Source: Candidatus Pelagibacter ubique HTCC1062 (GTDB taxonomy: Bacteria; Pseudomonadota; Alphaproteobacteria; Pelagibacterales; Pelagibacteraceae). Taken from it: a stretch of 32,000 bases of DNA. Of this stretch, positions 17,304 through 26,063 are shown piece after piece. How positions within the stretch are numbered: the stretch's first letter is position 1; every line of letters begins with the position of its first letter. The translations under genes were made by a program, and so were the position numbers. The stretch covers positions 1,200,001 through 1,232,000 of the forward strand of contig NC_007205.1 in NCBI RefSeq assembly GCF_000012345.1, in the 5' to 3' direction. The notes beneath the pieces are model-generated. The model saw nothing but the letters and a program-made list of their open reading frames with translations. It searched no databases and had not been told where the DNA came from.

Positions 17304-17570
17304 TTAAATATCTTCGCTAGCTTTAACGGTTTTAAATATTTCGTGAGTTGCAGTGTCTCTTTCTATTTTAATCCACTGTCTGCATCCTGATATATGTTGC
17401 CATAGCTCTTTGTGTTTTCCTCTTAAACTTTTTCTATTATAAACAAAATTATCCCAATCTTGATCTGAAACTTCTTTATTAAGTTCTGGTCTTTTAACGG
17501 TTGCATCACCACCGTATGAAAATTCATTTTGAGATCTCATCCCACAGTGAGGACATTTAATATGAAGCAT
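17304..17570 (-). CDS. soxD: Sarcosine oxidase delta subunit
   Basis: 88-aa ORF starting MLHIKCPHCGMRSQNEFSYGGDA, with the Cys/His zinc motif typical of SoxD. It lies between soxB and soxA. Confidence 0.9.
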   Translation of the reverse strand: MLHIKCPHCGMRSQNEFSYGGDATVKRPELNKEVSDQDWDNFVYNRKSLRGKHKELWQHISGCRQWIKIERDTATHEIFKTVKASEDI

Positions 17571-18827
17571 TTATGAAATCCACGTTTTAGTTCCAAGTCC
17601 TTTTTCATCTAATAAGTGACCTGTGTGAAATCTATTTAAACTATATCCAGCATTTAATTTGTGAACTCTATCTTGTGCAATTGTATGTGCAAATGTCCAT
17701 CCTGATGCTGGTGTTGCTTTAAATCCACCATAACACCATCCACAATTTAAATATAATCCTTCAATATGAGTTTTATCTATTATAGGTGAGCCGTCCATAG
17801 ACATATCCATTATCCCACCCCAAGTTCGAAGCATTTTTAGTTTGCTAAGAAAAGGCATCATCGCAATTCCTTCAGTTAAAACATGTTGAAGGGTTGGAAG
17901 GTTTCCTCTTTGCGCATAGCTATTATAGCCATCCAAATCTCCTCCCATTACCATCTCACCTTTATCCGACTGACTAATATAAAAGTGTCCTGCACCAAAA
18001 GTTACAACTTTATCTAAAACAGGTTTAACTGGTTCTGAAACACAAGCTTGTAAAAGATGTGTTTCAATTGGTACTGTCATATTTAATTTCTCTGCTAAAA
18101 TATTTGTACTACCTGCAACACACAGTCCAATTTTTTTAACTTTAATATCTCCTCGTGAAGTTCTAACTCCTTGAATTTTTCCACCTACAACATCAAAACC
18201 TGTTACTTCACAATTTTGAATAATATCTACACCCATTGAATCTGCTTGACGTGCATAACCCCATGCAACAGCATCATGCCTTGCTGTTCCAGCGCTTGGT
18301 TGCATCAGTCCACCAAATATAGGAAACCTTACATTGTCTGAAAAGTCAGCCATTGGAATAATTTCTTTTACCTCTTCTCTATTTAATAAAACTGCATCGA
18401 TACCATTTAATCGCATTGAGTTTCCTCTCCTTGCGAAAACATTCATCTGGGCATCTGAGTGAGCAAGGTTAATAATTCCTCTTGGAGAAAACATTACATT
18501 GTAGTTTAAATCCTGGCTCATCTTTCTCCACAAATCCATTCCAAACTCACTGAACAATGCATTATCGTCATGCATGTAGTTTGATCTAATGATTGTGGTA
18601 TTTCTTCCAACATTTCCACCCCCGATCCAACCTTTTTCAATGATAGCAACGTTTGTAATATTGTGCTCTTTAGCTAAATAATAAGCAGTTGCTAGGCCGT
18701 GACCACCTCCACCAATTATAACCACATCATATTCTTTTTTAGGAGTTGGATCTTTCCAGGCCAAATCCCAATTTTGATGACCAGAGAAGGCATTTTTGAT
18801 CAAATTAAATATAGAATATTTTTGCAT
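17571..18827 (-). CDS. soxB: Sarcosine oxidase beta subunit (FAD/FMN flavoprotein)
   Basis: 418-aa ORF with FAD fold YDVVIIGGGGHGLATAYYLA. It is the first gene of the soxBDAG order and abuts soxD with no gap. Confidence 0.92.
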   Translation of the reverse strand: MQKYSIFNLIKNAFSGHQNWDLAWKDPTPKKEYDVVIIGGGGHGLATAYYLAKEHNITNVAIIEKGWIGGGNVGRNTTIIRSNYMHDDNALFSEFGMDLWRKMSQDLNYNVMFSPRGIINLAHSDAQMNVFARRGNSMRLNGIDAVLLNREEVKEIIPMADFSDNVRFPIFGGLMQPSAGTARHDAVAWGYARQADSMGVDIIQNCEVTGFDVVGGKIQGVRTSRGDIKVKKIGLCVAGSTNILAEKLNMTVPIETHLLQACVSEPVKPVLDKVVTFGAGHFYISQSDKGEMVMGGDLDGYNSYAQRGNLPTLQHVLTEGIAMMPFLSKLKMLRTWGGIMDMSMDGSPIIDKTHIEGLYLNCGWCYGGFKATPASGWTFAHTIAQDRVHKLNAGYSLNRFHTGHLLDEKGLGTKTWIS

Positions 18828-18953
18828 AAAATAATTTTATACAAAGGAATATAAATAGTTCTTATTTTTTTTATATATATTTTTTAGAAGTTTCCAAAAA
18901 TTTAAAATAAGATATCAATTGGGCATTAAAAATTAATTTTATAGGAGTTTAAA

Positions 18954-20639
18954 ATGAGCGAAGTTAAGTCAGACATTCAAATAGCTAGAGAAGCTAAAAT
19001 GCAACCTATAAATGATATTTTAGCCAAGATAAATGTGCCTGATGAAAGCTCAGCTTTTAGTCCAATGGGAAGACACATAGCAAAGATTAATTTAGAATAT
19101 TTAGATACTTTAAAAGATAAACCAAATGGAAAACTTGTATTAGTGACAGCAATCACTCCTACACCAGCTGGTGAAGGAAAAACCACAACTTCAGTTGGTT
19201 TAAATGATGGATTAAACAAAATTGGAAAAAAATCTATTGTTTGTTTAAGAGAGCCAAGCCTTGGTCCCTCTTTTGGAATGAAAGGTGGAGCAGCAGGTGG
19301 CGGTTATGCTCAAGTAGTTCCAATGGAACAAATTAATTTACATTTTACTGGAGATTTTCATGCAATAACATCAGCTCATAATTTGTTGTCAGCCTTAATT
19401 GATAATCATATCTATTGGGGAAATAAACTAGATATCGATGTTAGAAGAATTGTCTGGAAAAGAGTAATGGATATGAACGATCGTTCTTTAAGATCTATAA
19501 ATATAAACTTAGGTGGAGTTGCAAATGGTTTTCCAAGAGAAGATGGTTTTGATATTACTGTTGCATCTGAAATCATGGCAATCTTTTGCTTATCAAATGA
19601 TTTAGAAGATTTAGAAAAGAGAATAGGAAATATTACAATTGCTTATACTAGAGATAAAAAACCTGTTTATGCTAAAGATTTAAAAGCACAAGGTCCAATG
19701 ACAGTATTATTAAAAGATGCAATTCGACCTAACGTTACTCAAACTTTAGAAAATAATCCTGCAATTATTCATGGTGGCCCTTTTGCTAACATTGCTCATG
19801 GCTGTAATTCTGTAATTGCAACAAAGACTGGACTAAAACTTGCTGACTATGTTGTGACAGAAGCAGGATTTGGCGCAGACCTTGGTGCAGAAAAATTCCT
19901 TGATATTAAATGTAGAAAATCAGATTTAAAACCTAGCTGTGTTGTAATTGTTGCAACTATTAGAGCATTAAAAATGCATGGTGGTGTAGCAAAAGATGAT
20001 CTTAAAACAGAAAATGTAGAAGCCTTAAAAAAAGGTCTAGTTAACCTTCAAAGACATGTAGAAAATGTAAAAAAATTTGGTTTGCCAGTTGCAGTAGCTG
20101 TTAATCATTTTATTAAAGATACAGAGAATGAAGTAAAAGCTTTGATAGAATTTTGTGACACTATTGGAGTTAAAGCAAGTCTTTGTACTCATTGGGCAAA
20201 TGGTGGCGAAGGTACAAAAGAACTTGCAAGTCATGTTGCTGAATTATGTGAGAAAAATGAGGATAAATTCAAATTCTTATATGAAAGTAAAACTCCTCTA
20301 TTTAAAAAAATAGAAACAATTGCAAAAGAAATTTATAGAGCAGATGAGGTTATTGCAGATACTAAAATAAGAGATCAATTAAAAAGCTTTGAAGATGCTG
20401 GATATGGTGACTTTCCAATTTGTATTGCAAAAACTCAATACAGCTTCTCAACAGATCCAAGCTTAAAAGGTGCACCAACAGGACACTCTTTACCAATTAG
20501 GGAGATTAAACTTTCTTCTGGTGCAGAGTTTATTGTTGTTATATGTGGAGCCGTTATGACAATGCCTGGGTTACCAAGAGTTCCAGCGGCAGATTCAATT
20601 AAGCTAAATAAAGATGGTGAAATTGAAGGTCTATTTTAG
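18954..20639 (+). CDS. fhs: Formate-tetrahydrofolate ligase
   Basis: 561-aa ORF with AGGAG upstream of the ATG, the hallmark P-loop region [16 protein letters not shown], and full-length colinearity with FTHFS. Confidence 0.95.
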   Translation: MSEVKSDIQIAREAKMQPINDILAKINVPDESSAFSPMGRHIAKINLEYLDTLKDKPNGKLVLVTAITPTPAGEGKTTTSVGLNDGLNKIGKKSIVCLREPSLGPSFGMKGGAAGGGYAQVVPMEQINLHFTGDFHAITSAHNLLSALIDNHIYWGNKLDIDVRRIVWKRVMDMNDRSLRSININLGGVANGFPREDGFDITVASEIMAIFCLSNDLEDLEKRIGNITIAYTRDKKPVYAKDLKAQGPMTVLLKDAIRPNVTQTLENNPAIIHGGPFANIAHGCNSVIATKTGLKLADYVVTEAGFGADLGAEKFLDIKCRKSDLKPSCVVIVATIRALKMHGGVAKDDLKTENVEALKKGLVNLQRHVENVKKFGLPVAVAVNHFIKDTENEVKALIEFCDTIGVKASLCTHWANGGEGTKELASHVAELCEKNEDKFKFLYESKTPLFKKIETIAKEIYRADEVIADTKIRDQLKSFEDAGYGDFPICIAKTQYSFSTDPSLKGAPTGHSLPIREIKLSSGAEFIVVICGAVMTMPGLPRVPAADSIKLNKDGEIEGLF

Positions 20640-20642
20640 AAA

Positions 20643-21434
20643 CTAGTTACGCAGATAATTAAGCCAGTTTCTAACTTCACATGTTCTGTCATTAAAATCT
20701 AATAGTTCGTTTTGAGATTTTATGTATGAGATATGACTTTCATACTCTTCTTCATTTAAAAAATTTTTATTTACAAATAGTCGTTCTTTACGACCTTCAA
20801 TAAGTTTAAGCATCTGAAAGTACTCATAATCAGGATGATACTGTAAGCCAATAATTTCAGAGTTTCCCGCTCTAAAACTAACACCCATTACATTGTTAAC
20901 TTTATCACTTGATAGAAGAATAGCATTTTCCGGTAATTCACTTACTTCATCAAAATTAAATGCTGGTGATGTAAAAATTTTTTTCTTATCTTTGTAAATA
21001 AAATGCTTCTCACCTTCATTATTAATAATTACATCTGATGCAATTCCAATGTGAGCACCATTTTTACCAGGGTTTACCTTGCCTCCAGCTGCTGTAGAAC
21101 AAACTTGTAATCCCCAACAAATAGCTAAAATCTTCTTTTTTTGAGTAAAACAATTTGATGCAAAATTAATATGTTTCTTAATCACATCCGTCATATCATT
21201 TATTCGCATTGCACCACCCGTAAAGACAATACCATTATATTTACTCATGTCTTTTAGAGCATTCGTAGTCTCATCATCATTACCAGGATTTATAATTTCA
21301 GTAATTGCAGATGGTTCTATTTTTAAGATTAAATTTTTTAAATTATCTGCTGCAGAAGCTCCAGCTGCTTTAATAAAAAACTCACTATCTTCTCTAATAT
21401 TTCCTTCAACAATTAAAATATTTAAATCACTCAT
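20643..21434 (-). CDS. Class I glutamine amidotransferase-like protein
   Basis: 263-aa ORF with nucleophile elbow ILAICWGLQV and a downstream His (LQYHPDYE). Its ATG overlaps the Fe-ADH stop as ATGA (21431-21434). Confidence 0.75.
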   Translation of the reverse strand: MSDLNILIVEGNIREDSEFFIKAAGASAADNLKNLILKIEPSAITEIINPGNDDETTNALKDMSKYNGIVFTGGAMRINDMTDVIKKHINFASNCFTQKKKILAICWGLQVCSTAAGGKVNPGKNGAHIGIASDVIINNEGEKHFIYKDKKKIFTSPAFNFDEVSELPENAILLSSDKVNNVMGVSFRAGNSEIIGLQYHPDYEYFQMLKLIEGRKERLFVNKNFLNEEEYESHISYIKSQNELLDFNDRTCEVRNWLNYLRN

Positions 21435-22597
21435 TTAAACAATTCACCTGTCATACTGTTCTGGTACATTATCCTCATATCATCCTCAGTTAATTTTTTT
21501 GGATTTCCTCCAGTAGATGGGTCTGCTAAAGCCATTTTTGATAATCTATCAATATCAAAATCTTTTTCATCAATCACTTCTGATAATTTATGAGGCATAT
21601 CAAGTTTTTTTCTTAAATCTAAAACCCAGTTAACAAAACCATCAAAAGATCTGTCTTTAAGTTCTAAATAGTCACAAATTTTAATTATCTTATTTTCAAT
21701 TACATCTTTGTTGAAAGTTAACACGTAAGGCATAAATATTGCATTAGATAAACCGTGATGAATATTATTTAATGCATTGACAGGGTGACTTAGAGAATGA
21801 ATTGCTCCTAGTCCTTTTTGAAATGCAGTTGAGCCCATACTAGCTGCTGTTAACATATTCATTCTTGCTTCAATATTAGATCCATTGCTAACAGCTTCTA
21901 ATAGCCACTTATCAATTAATCTCATTCCTTCTAAAGCAATTCCATCTGCCATCGGATGATAGCCTGGTGCACAATAGGCTTCTAAATTATGTGCTAGTGC
22001 ATCCATTCCAGTTGCTGCAGTCATTTTTGCTGGTAATCCAACTGTTAAAATTGGATCTAAAATAACTATTGATGGTAAAAATTTTGGATGAAAAATAATA
22101 TTTTTCACGCCTGTTTCTTCATTTAATATTACTGATGCTCTGCCAGTTTCAGAACCAGTGCCCGCAGTAGTAGGTACTGCAATAATGGGAGCAATCTTAT
22201 CAGAGTTTGCTTTAGTCCAATTATCTCCAACATCTTCGAAATCCCAAATAGGTAGATTTTGACCTGACATAAAAGCAACTGCTTTACCAACATCTAAACC
22301 ACTACCACCTCCAAACGCAATAACACCATCACAATTGTTTTTTTTATAATAATCAGCACCTTCATTAACATTCGTGCCAGTTGGGTTACCAACAACATTT
22401 GAATATAATGCTGCAATAATTCCACCCTCTTTTAAAATCGATAAAGTGTTTTTAACAATAACTGATTGAGCTAATCCATTATCAGTAACAAGCAGTGGCT
22501 TTTTAATGTTTAAATTTTTACATGCTGAAGCAACATCATTAATTCTATTTTCACCTACCCACATTGTAGTAGGATAATTCCAGTTGTATTTTTGCAT
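21431..22597 (-). CDS. Iron-containing (type III) alcohol dehydrogenase
   Basis: Contains GGGSGLDVGKA (GGGSxxD) and His-rich metal motifs (DALAHNLE, AIHSLSHP...HHGLSNA). The ATG at 22597 (MQKYNWNYPTTMWVGE) fits family N-termini better than the GTG at 22639 in the track. Confidence 0.85.
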   Translation of the reverse strand: MQKYNWNYPTTMWVGENRINDVASACKNLNIKKPLLVTDNGLAQSVIVKNTLSILKEGGIIAALYSNVVGNPTGTNVNEGADYYKKNNCDGVIAFGGGSGLDVGKAVAFMSGQNLPIWDFEDVGDNWTKANSDKIAPIIAVPTTAGTGSETGRASVILNEETGVKNIIFHPKFLPSIVILDPILTVGLPAKMTAATGMDALAHNLEAYCAPGYHPMADGIALEGMRLIDKWLLEAVSNGSNIEARMNMLTAASMGSTAFQKGLGAIHSLSHPVNALNNIHHGLSNAIFMPYVLTFNKDVIENKIIKICDYLELKDRSFDGFVNWVLDLRKKLDMPHKLSEVIDEKDFDIDRLSKMALADPSTGGNPKKLTEDDMRIMYQNSMTGELFK

Positions 22598-22668
22598 ATT
22601 ATGTTTTAGTGTTTTATAAAGTTGGTTGATGTATATCACTTTCTAAAATAATTTTAACCGAAATATTT

Positions 22669-24045
22669 ATGCAAAAAACTATTACACCTATTGATAATAC
22701 CCTTTATATCGAAAGAAATTATGATGGAGCTAAAATAGAAGAAACTATTAATGGCTCAATGAAAGCTCAAAAAATGTGGGCCGATCTAGATATTAAAGAA
22801 AGAGTAAAACTATTAACAAGTTTTGTTGAAGATTTTTTATCAAGAAGCGATCTGATTTGTGAAGAACTAAGTAGACAAATTGGTAGACCTATTTCTCAAG
22901 CGGCTGGTGAATTAAAGGGCTTTAAAGAAAGAGCCGATTACATGCTATCTATTGCAGAAAAGAAATTATCAAATATTGATGTAGCAAAAGATGATAATTT
23001 TAAAAGTTATATAAAAAGAAAAGCTCTTGGTGTAGTTTTTGTAATAGCGCCATGGAACTATCCATACCTCGTTGCAGTAAACTCTATAATACCAGCTATG
23101 GCAGCAGGTAATTCTGTTATTTTAAAACATTCTGCTCAAACCCCTTTATGTTCTGAGCAACTTTACCAATCAGCTAAAAAAATTCTGCCTAAGGATATTT
23201 TTAATTATTTACATTTAAACCATGAAGATAGTTTAAAAATTGTTTCTGATAAGCGAATTAATTTTGTCTCATTCACTGGATCAGTAAAAGCAGGTTACGA
23301 TGTTCAAAGAGCAACTCAGAATAAATTTATTGATATGACTTTAGAATTGGGTGGTAAAGATCCAGCTTATGCCAGATATGATTGTGACTTAGAAAAAACA
23401 GTTGAAAATTTGGTTGATGGATCTTTTTTTAACTCAGGTCAATCATGTTGTGGAATAGAAAGAATTTATGTTGATGAAAAAATTTATAATAATTTTTTAG
23501 AATTGTTTGTTTCAAAAACTTATAATTACAAACTTGGAAATCCATTAGAAAAAGAAACCAACTTAGGTCCTGTGGTTAAACTATCAGCTGCTGATTTTAT
23601 TTTACAACAAATAAACTCTGCAATTGATAAAGGTGCAAAAAAAATGATTGATGAAAGTAAATTTAACTTTCCAAAAGAACATAAAAATTATTTAATTCCT
23701 CAGGTTTTAACAAACGTGAACCATGACATGGCTTTTATGACTGAAGAAACTTTTGGACCCTGTGTTGGGATTATGAAGGTTAAAGATGATAATGAAGCAA
23801 TTAAATTAATGAATGATAGTCCTTATGGATTAACAGCTTCAGTTTGGACAAAAGATCTTGATGTTGCTCAAAAAATTGGCAATCAAATTAATACAGGCAC
23901 GTTTTATATGAATAGATGTGATTATCTAGATCCTGCATTATCATGGACTGGTGTTAATGAAACCGGAAAAGGTTGTTCGCTATCTGAGGTGGCTTATGAA
24001 AAATTAACTTCACCAAAAAGCTTTCACTTAAGAAAAGAACAATAA
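22669..24045 (+). CDS. NAD(P)-dependent aldehyde dehydrogenase
   Basis: 458-aa ORF with catalytic Glu block LELGGKDP, catalytic Cys block FFNSGQSCCGIERIYV and EETFGP. Confidence 0.9.
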   Translation: MQKTITPIDNTLYIERNYDGAKIEETINGSMKAQKMWADLDIKERVKLLTSFVEDFLSRSDLICEELSRQIGRPISQAAGELKGFKERADYMLSIAEKKLSNIDVAKDDNFKSYIKRKALGVVFVIAPWNYPYLVAVNSIIPAMAAGNSVILKHSAQTPLCSEQLYQSAKKILPKDIFNYLHLNHEDSLKIVSDKRINFVSFTGSVKAGYDVQRATQNKFIDMTLELGGKDPAYARYDCDLEKTVENLVDGSFFNSGQSCCGIERIYVDEKIYNNFLELFVSKTYNYKLGNPLEKETNLGPVVKLSAADFILQQINSAIDKGAKKMIDESKFNFPKEHKNYLIPQVLTNVNHDMAFMTEETFGPCVGIMKVKDDNEAIKLMNDSPYGLTASVWTKDLDVAQKIGNQINTGTFYMNRCDYLDPALSWTGVNETGKGCSLSEVAYEKLTSPKSFHLRKEQ

Positions 24046-24046
24046 A

Positions 24047-24802
24047 ATGAAATTAAATTTTAAAGGTAAAACTGCTGTAATCACTGGTGCAAGTGGTGGT
24101 ATGGGTTTAGAGATGTCAAAAAAACTATCTCAAAACAATATTTCAGTTTTAATGTTAGATTTAAAAAGTCCTAGTAAAGAATTTTTAGATAATAATAAAA
24201 AATGTGAATTTAAAAAAGTTGATGTAACTAATTTTAATAAATTGAAAGTATATATCGATAATTTTTATAAAAAACACAAAAGATTAGACTACCTAGTTAA
24301 TACAACTGGTGTTCTTTGGTTTGATAAAGATGTCTCAGCAGTAAATATAGATTCTAATGTATGGGATAAAGTTTTTGAAATAAATTTAAAATCTATGATG
24401 TATCTTTCAAAAATTATTGTACCTAAAATGATTAAAAATAAATTTGGTTCAATGGTGCATATATCTTCCATTGATGCATTATCTGGTGATGACAAACCTC
24501 AAGACGCTTATGGTGCTTCAAAAGCAGCAATGATTAGACTTTCAAAGTCCTTTGCCATTCAATTTGCATCTAACAAAATTAGATCAAATATAATCTTACC
24601 TGGGCCAATAGATACGGGTATGCAGATTAGATGGAAAAAAAATCCTAATACAAAGAAAAATTTAGAAAAATTTATTCCTTTAAATAAAGTAGGTAAACCC
24701 GAAGATATTTCAAATGCTTCTTTATTCCTATTAAGTGATCAAGCAGATTATATTACTGGAACTGAATTGATTGTTGATGGGGGTCTTACGGCTAAGCCGT
24801 AG
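24047..24802 (+). CDS. Short-chain dehydrogenase/reductase (SDR)
   Basis: 251-aa ORF with cofactor motif TGASGGMG and the catalytic S...YGASK (YxxxK) block. It starts 1 nt after the ALDH stop. Confidence 0.9.
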   Translation: MKLNFKGKTAVITGASGGMGLEMSKKLSQNNISVLMLDLKSPSKEFLDNNKKCEFKKVDVTNFNKLKVYIDNFYKKHKRLDYLVNTTGVLWFDKDVSAVNIDSNVWDKVFEINLKSMMYLSKIIVPKMIKNKFGSMVHISSIDALSGDDKPQDAYGASKAAMIRLSKSFAIQFASNKIRSNIILPGPIDTGMQIRWKKNPNTKKNLEKFIPLNKVGKPEDISNASLFLLSDQADYITGTELIVDGGLTAKP

Positions 24803-24810
24803 TTATTAAC

Positions 24811-24840
24811 TTTAGGCGCCTCTTTCTTGAGGCGCCTAAA
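24811..24840. terminator. Perfect 12-bp GC-rich hairpin between convergent genes (candidate bidirectional terminator)
   Basis: TTTAGGCGCCTC (24811-24822), loop TTTCTT, GAGGCGCCTAAA (24829-24840). It sits exactly between the SDR stop (24802) and the TRAP binding-protein stop (24850). It is the most GC-rich local element I saw. There is no long U-tract beyond the TTT/AAA stem ends. Confidence 0.55.
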
Positions 24841-24849
24841 AAATATTAA

Positions 24850-25926
24850 TTATCTGTAAGGGTATCCAGCTTTTTCCATTGTGTTTGCATACAACTTAAA
24901 TGCATCCACAACTTTTTTAGCTCTTGGACTAATACTTGAAGTCTCATCCCAGAATGCTTTAGAGTCGTTTACGACTTTAGCCCATTCATTATCAGGAAGA
25001 CTTGTTAGTTCCATTTTTTTCCCATTAACACGAAGATCAGCTTCTCCACCCCAATACCAAACTTGTCTATAATAATGAGAGTCATTAATAGACATTCTGT
25101 AAAGTGCTTGAAGTTTTGGACTTAATTTGTCCCAAGCTTTTTGATTAGCAAAGTAAGATCCAAACCATGCTCCTGTAACAGAGTTAGTTAATGCATACTT
25201 GCAGATATCAGCCCAACCCACTTCATATGCCTCAGTAAACCCGCACCAAGCAACACCATCTAGTTCTCCGGTTTGCATAGCAACTTCCACATCATCCCAA
25301 GGAACCGTAACTGGTATTAGACCGTATTGCGCCAAGAATTTTCCAGCAGTAGGAACACCAAAAACTCTTAGGCCCTTCATATCTGCTAAAGAAGTAACTT
25401 TTTTGTTTACAGTGAAAAGATGACATGGATCCCAAGCACTTGTGCTCAACCATTTAACACCTTCAACCTCACTATAAGCTTCATCCCAAATTTCATTTAA
25501 ACCATAATATTTAAATAAAGCTGGAACGTCTAAGCTGTATCTAGTTGCAAATGGAAAATATCCACCAAACACTGAGATATCAACTGGTGATCCCATTGTA
25601 GCATCATCACTTTGTACGGCATCTAGAGTTCCTGCTTGCATGGCTCTGAATAGTTCATCGGTAGGAACTAATTGATCCGCATAATACAGTTCAATTTCCA
25701 TTTCACCATAAGCAGCTTTATTAAATGCTTCAATTTGTGGTTTGATAACATGTGCACCAAGCGGAGCTCCAGAATATGTTTGAAGCCTCCATTTAATTGG
25801 GTTTGATGCAGAATAAGCGTAAGGTGCTTTAACAACACTTGCTCCTGCTACACCAAAAGTTAACAAGCCAGCTTTCTTAATAAACGATCGCCTCTTACTT
25901 GTTATTATTTTTTTTTCTTTTTTCAT
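24850..25926 (-). CDS. TRAP transporter periplasmic solute-binding protein with twin-arginine signal (DctP superfamily; COG4663-like from memory)
   Basis: 358-aa ORF with a strong SD (GGGAGAG) before the ATG. The N-terminus SKRRSFIKKAGLLTFGVAGA matches the Tat consensus S/T-R-R-x-F-L-K. The gene follows TRAP dctQ/dctM. Confidence 0.85.
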   Translation of the reverse strand: MKKEKKIITSKRRSFIKKAGLLTFGVAGASVVKAPYAYSASNPIKWRLQTYSGAPLGAHVIKPQIEAFNKAAYGEMEIELYYADQLVPTDELFRAMQAGTLDAVQSDDATMGSPVDISVFGGYFPFATRYSLDVPALFKYYGLNEIWDEAYSEVEGVKWLSTSAWDPCHLFTVNKKVTSLADMKGLRVFGVPTAGKFLAQYGLIPVTVPWDDVEVAMQTGELDGVAWCGFTEAYEVGWADICKYALTNSVTGAWFGSYFANQKAWDKLSPKLQALYRMSINDSHYYRQVWYWGGEADLRVNGKKMELTSLPDNEWAKVVNDSKAFWDETSSISPRAKKVVDAFKLYANTMEKAGYPYR

Positions 25927-25964
25927 TAACTCTCCCTATTAGTTAAAAAGTATTTTTAAACCCT

Positions 25965-25992
25965 ATTATAAAAAAAATTATGATTAAACCAA
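25965..25992 (-). promoter_or_regulatory. Candidate internal promoter for the TRAP binding-protein gene
   Basis: On the minus strand: TTGGTT (25992..25987), 16-nt spacer, perfect TATAAT (25970..25965). It lies inside the only sizeable gap of the operon (25927-26063), about 35 nt upstream of the SD/ATG. Confidence 0.3.
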
Positions 25993-26063
25993 AAAATGAA
26001 ATTTTTTATTCCACTAAATGATAATTTTTTCAACTTTAAAACCTAAAGTTGTATTATTATTTT

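Noticed and set aside
18828-18953. Possible riboswitch or structured leader (glycine, THF or SAM type) in the divergent soxB-fhs spacer.
   Set aside because: The 126-bp spacer is almost pure A/T with no complementary G/C-containing helices. Only an AGGAG ribosome-binding site before fhs stands out.
22598-22639. GTG-initiated 14-codon extension of the Fe-ADH. It would leave only 29 bp between divergent start codons.
   Set aside because: 29 bp is too short for two divergent promoters. The ATG at 22597 matches family N-termini. The same longest-ORF logic was rejected for the TTG at 7544 (M19-like), the start at 12798 (lipoprotein) and the GTG at 4311 (zinc ribbon).
26031-26051. Hairpin CAACTTTA-AAACC-TAAAGTTG just after the dctM stop.
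   Set aside because: It is an AT-rich 8-bp stem. On the transcribed (minus) strand it is followed by an A-run rather than a U-run, so it does not look like an intrinsic terminator. It could easily arise by chance.
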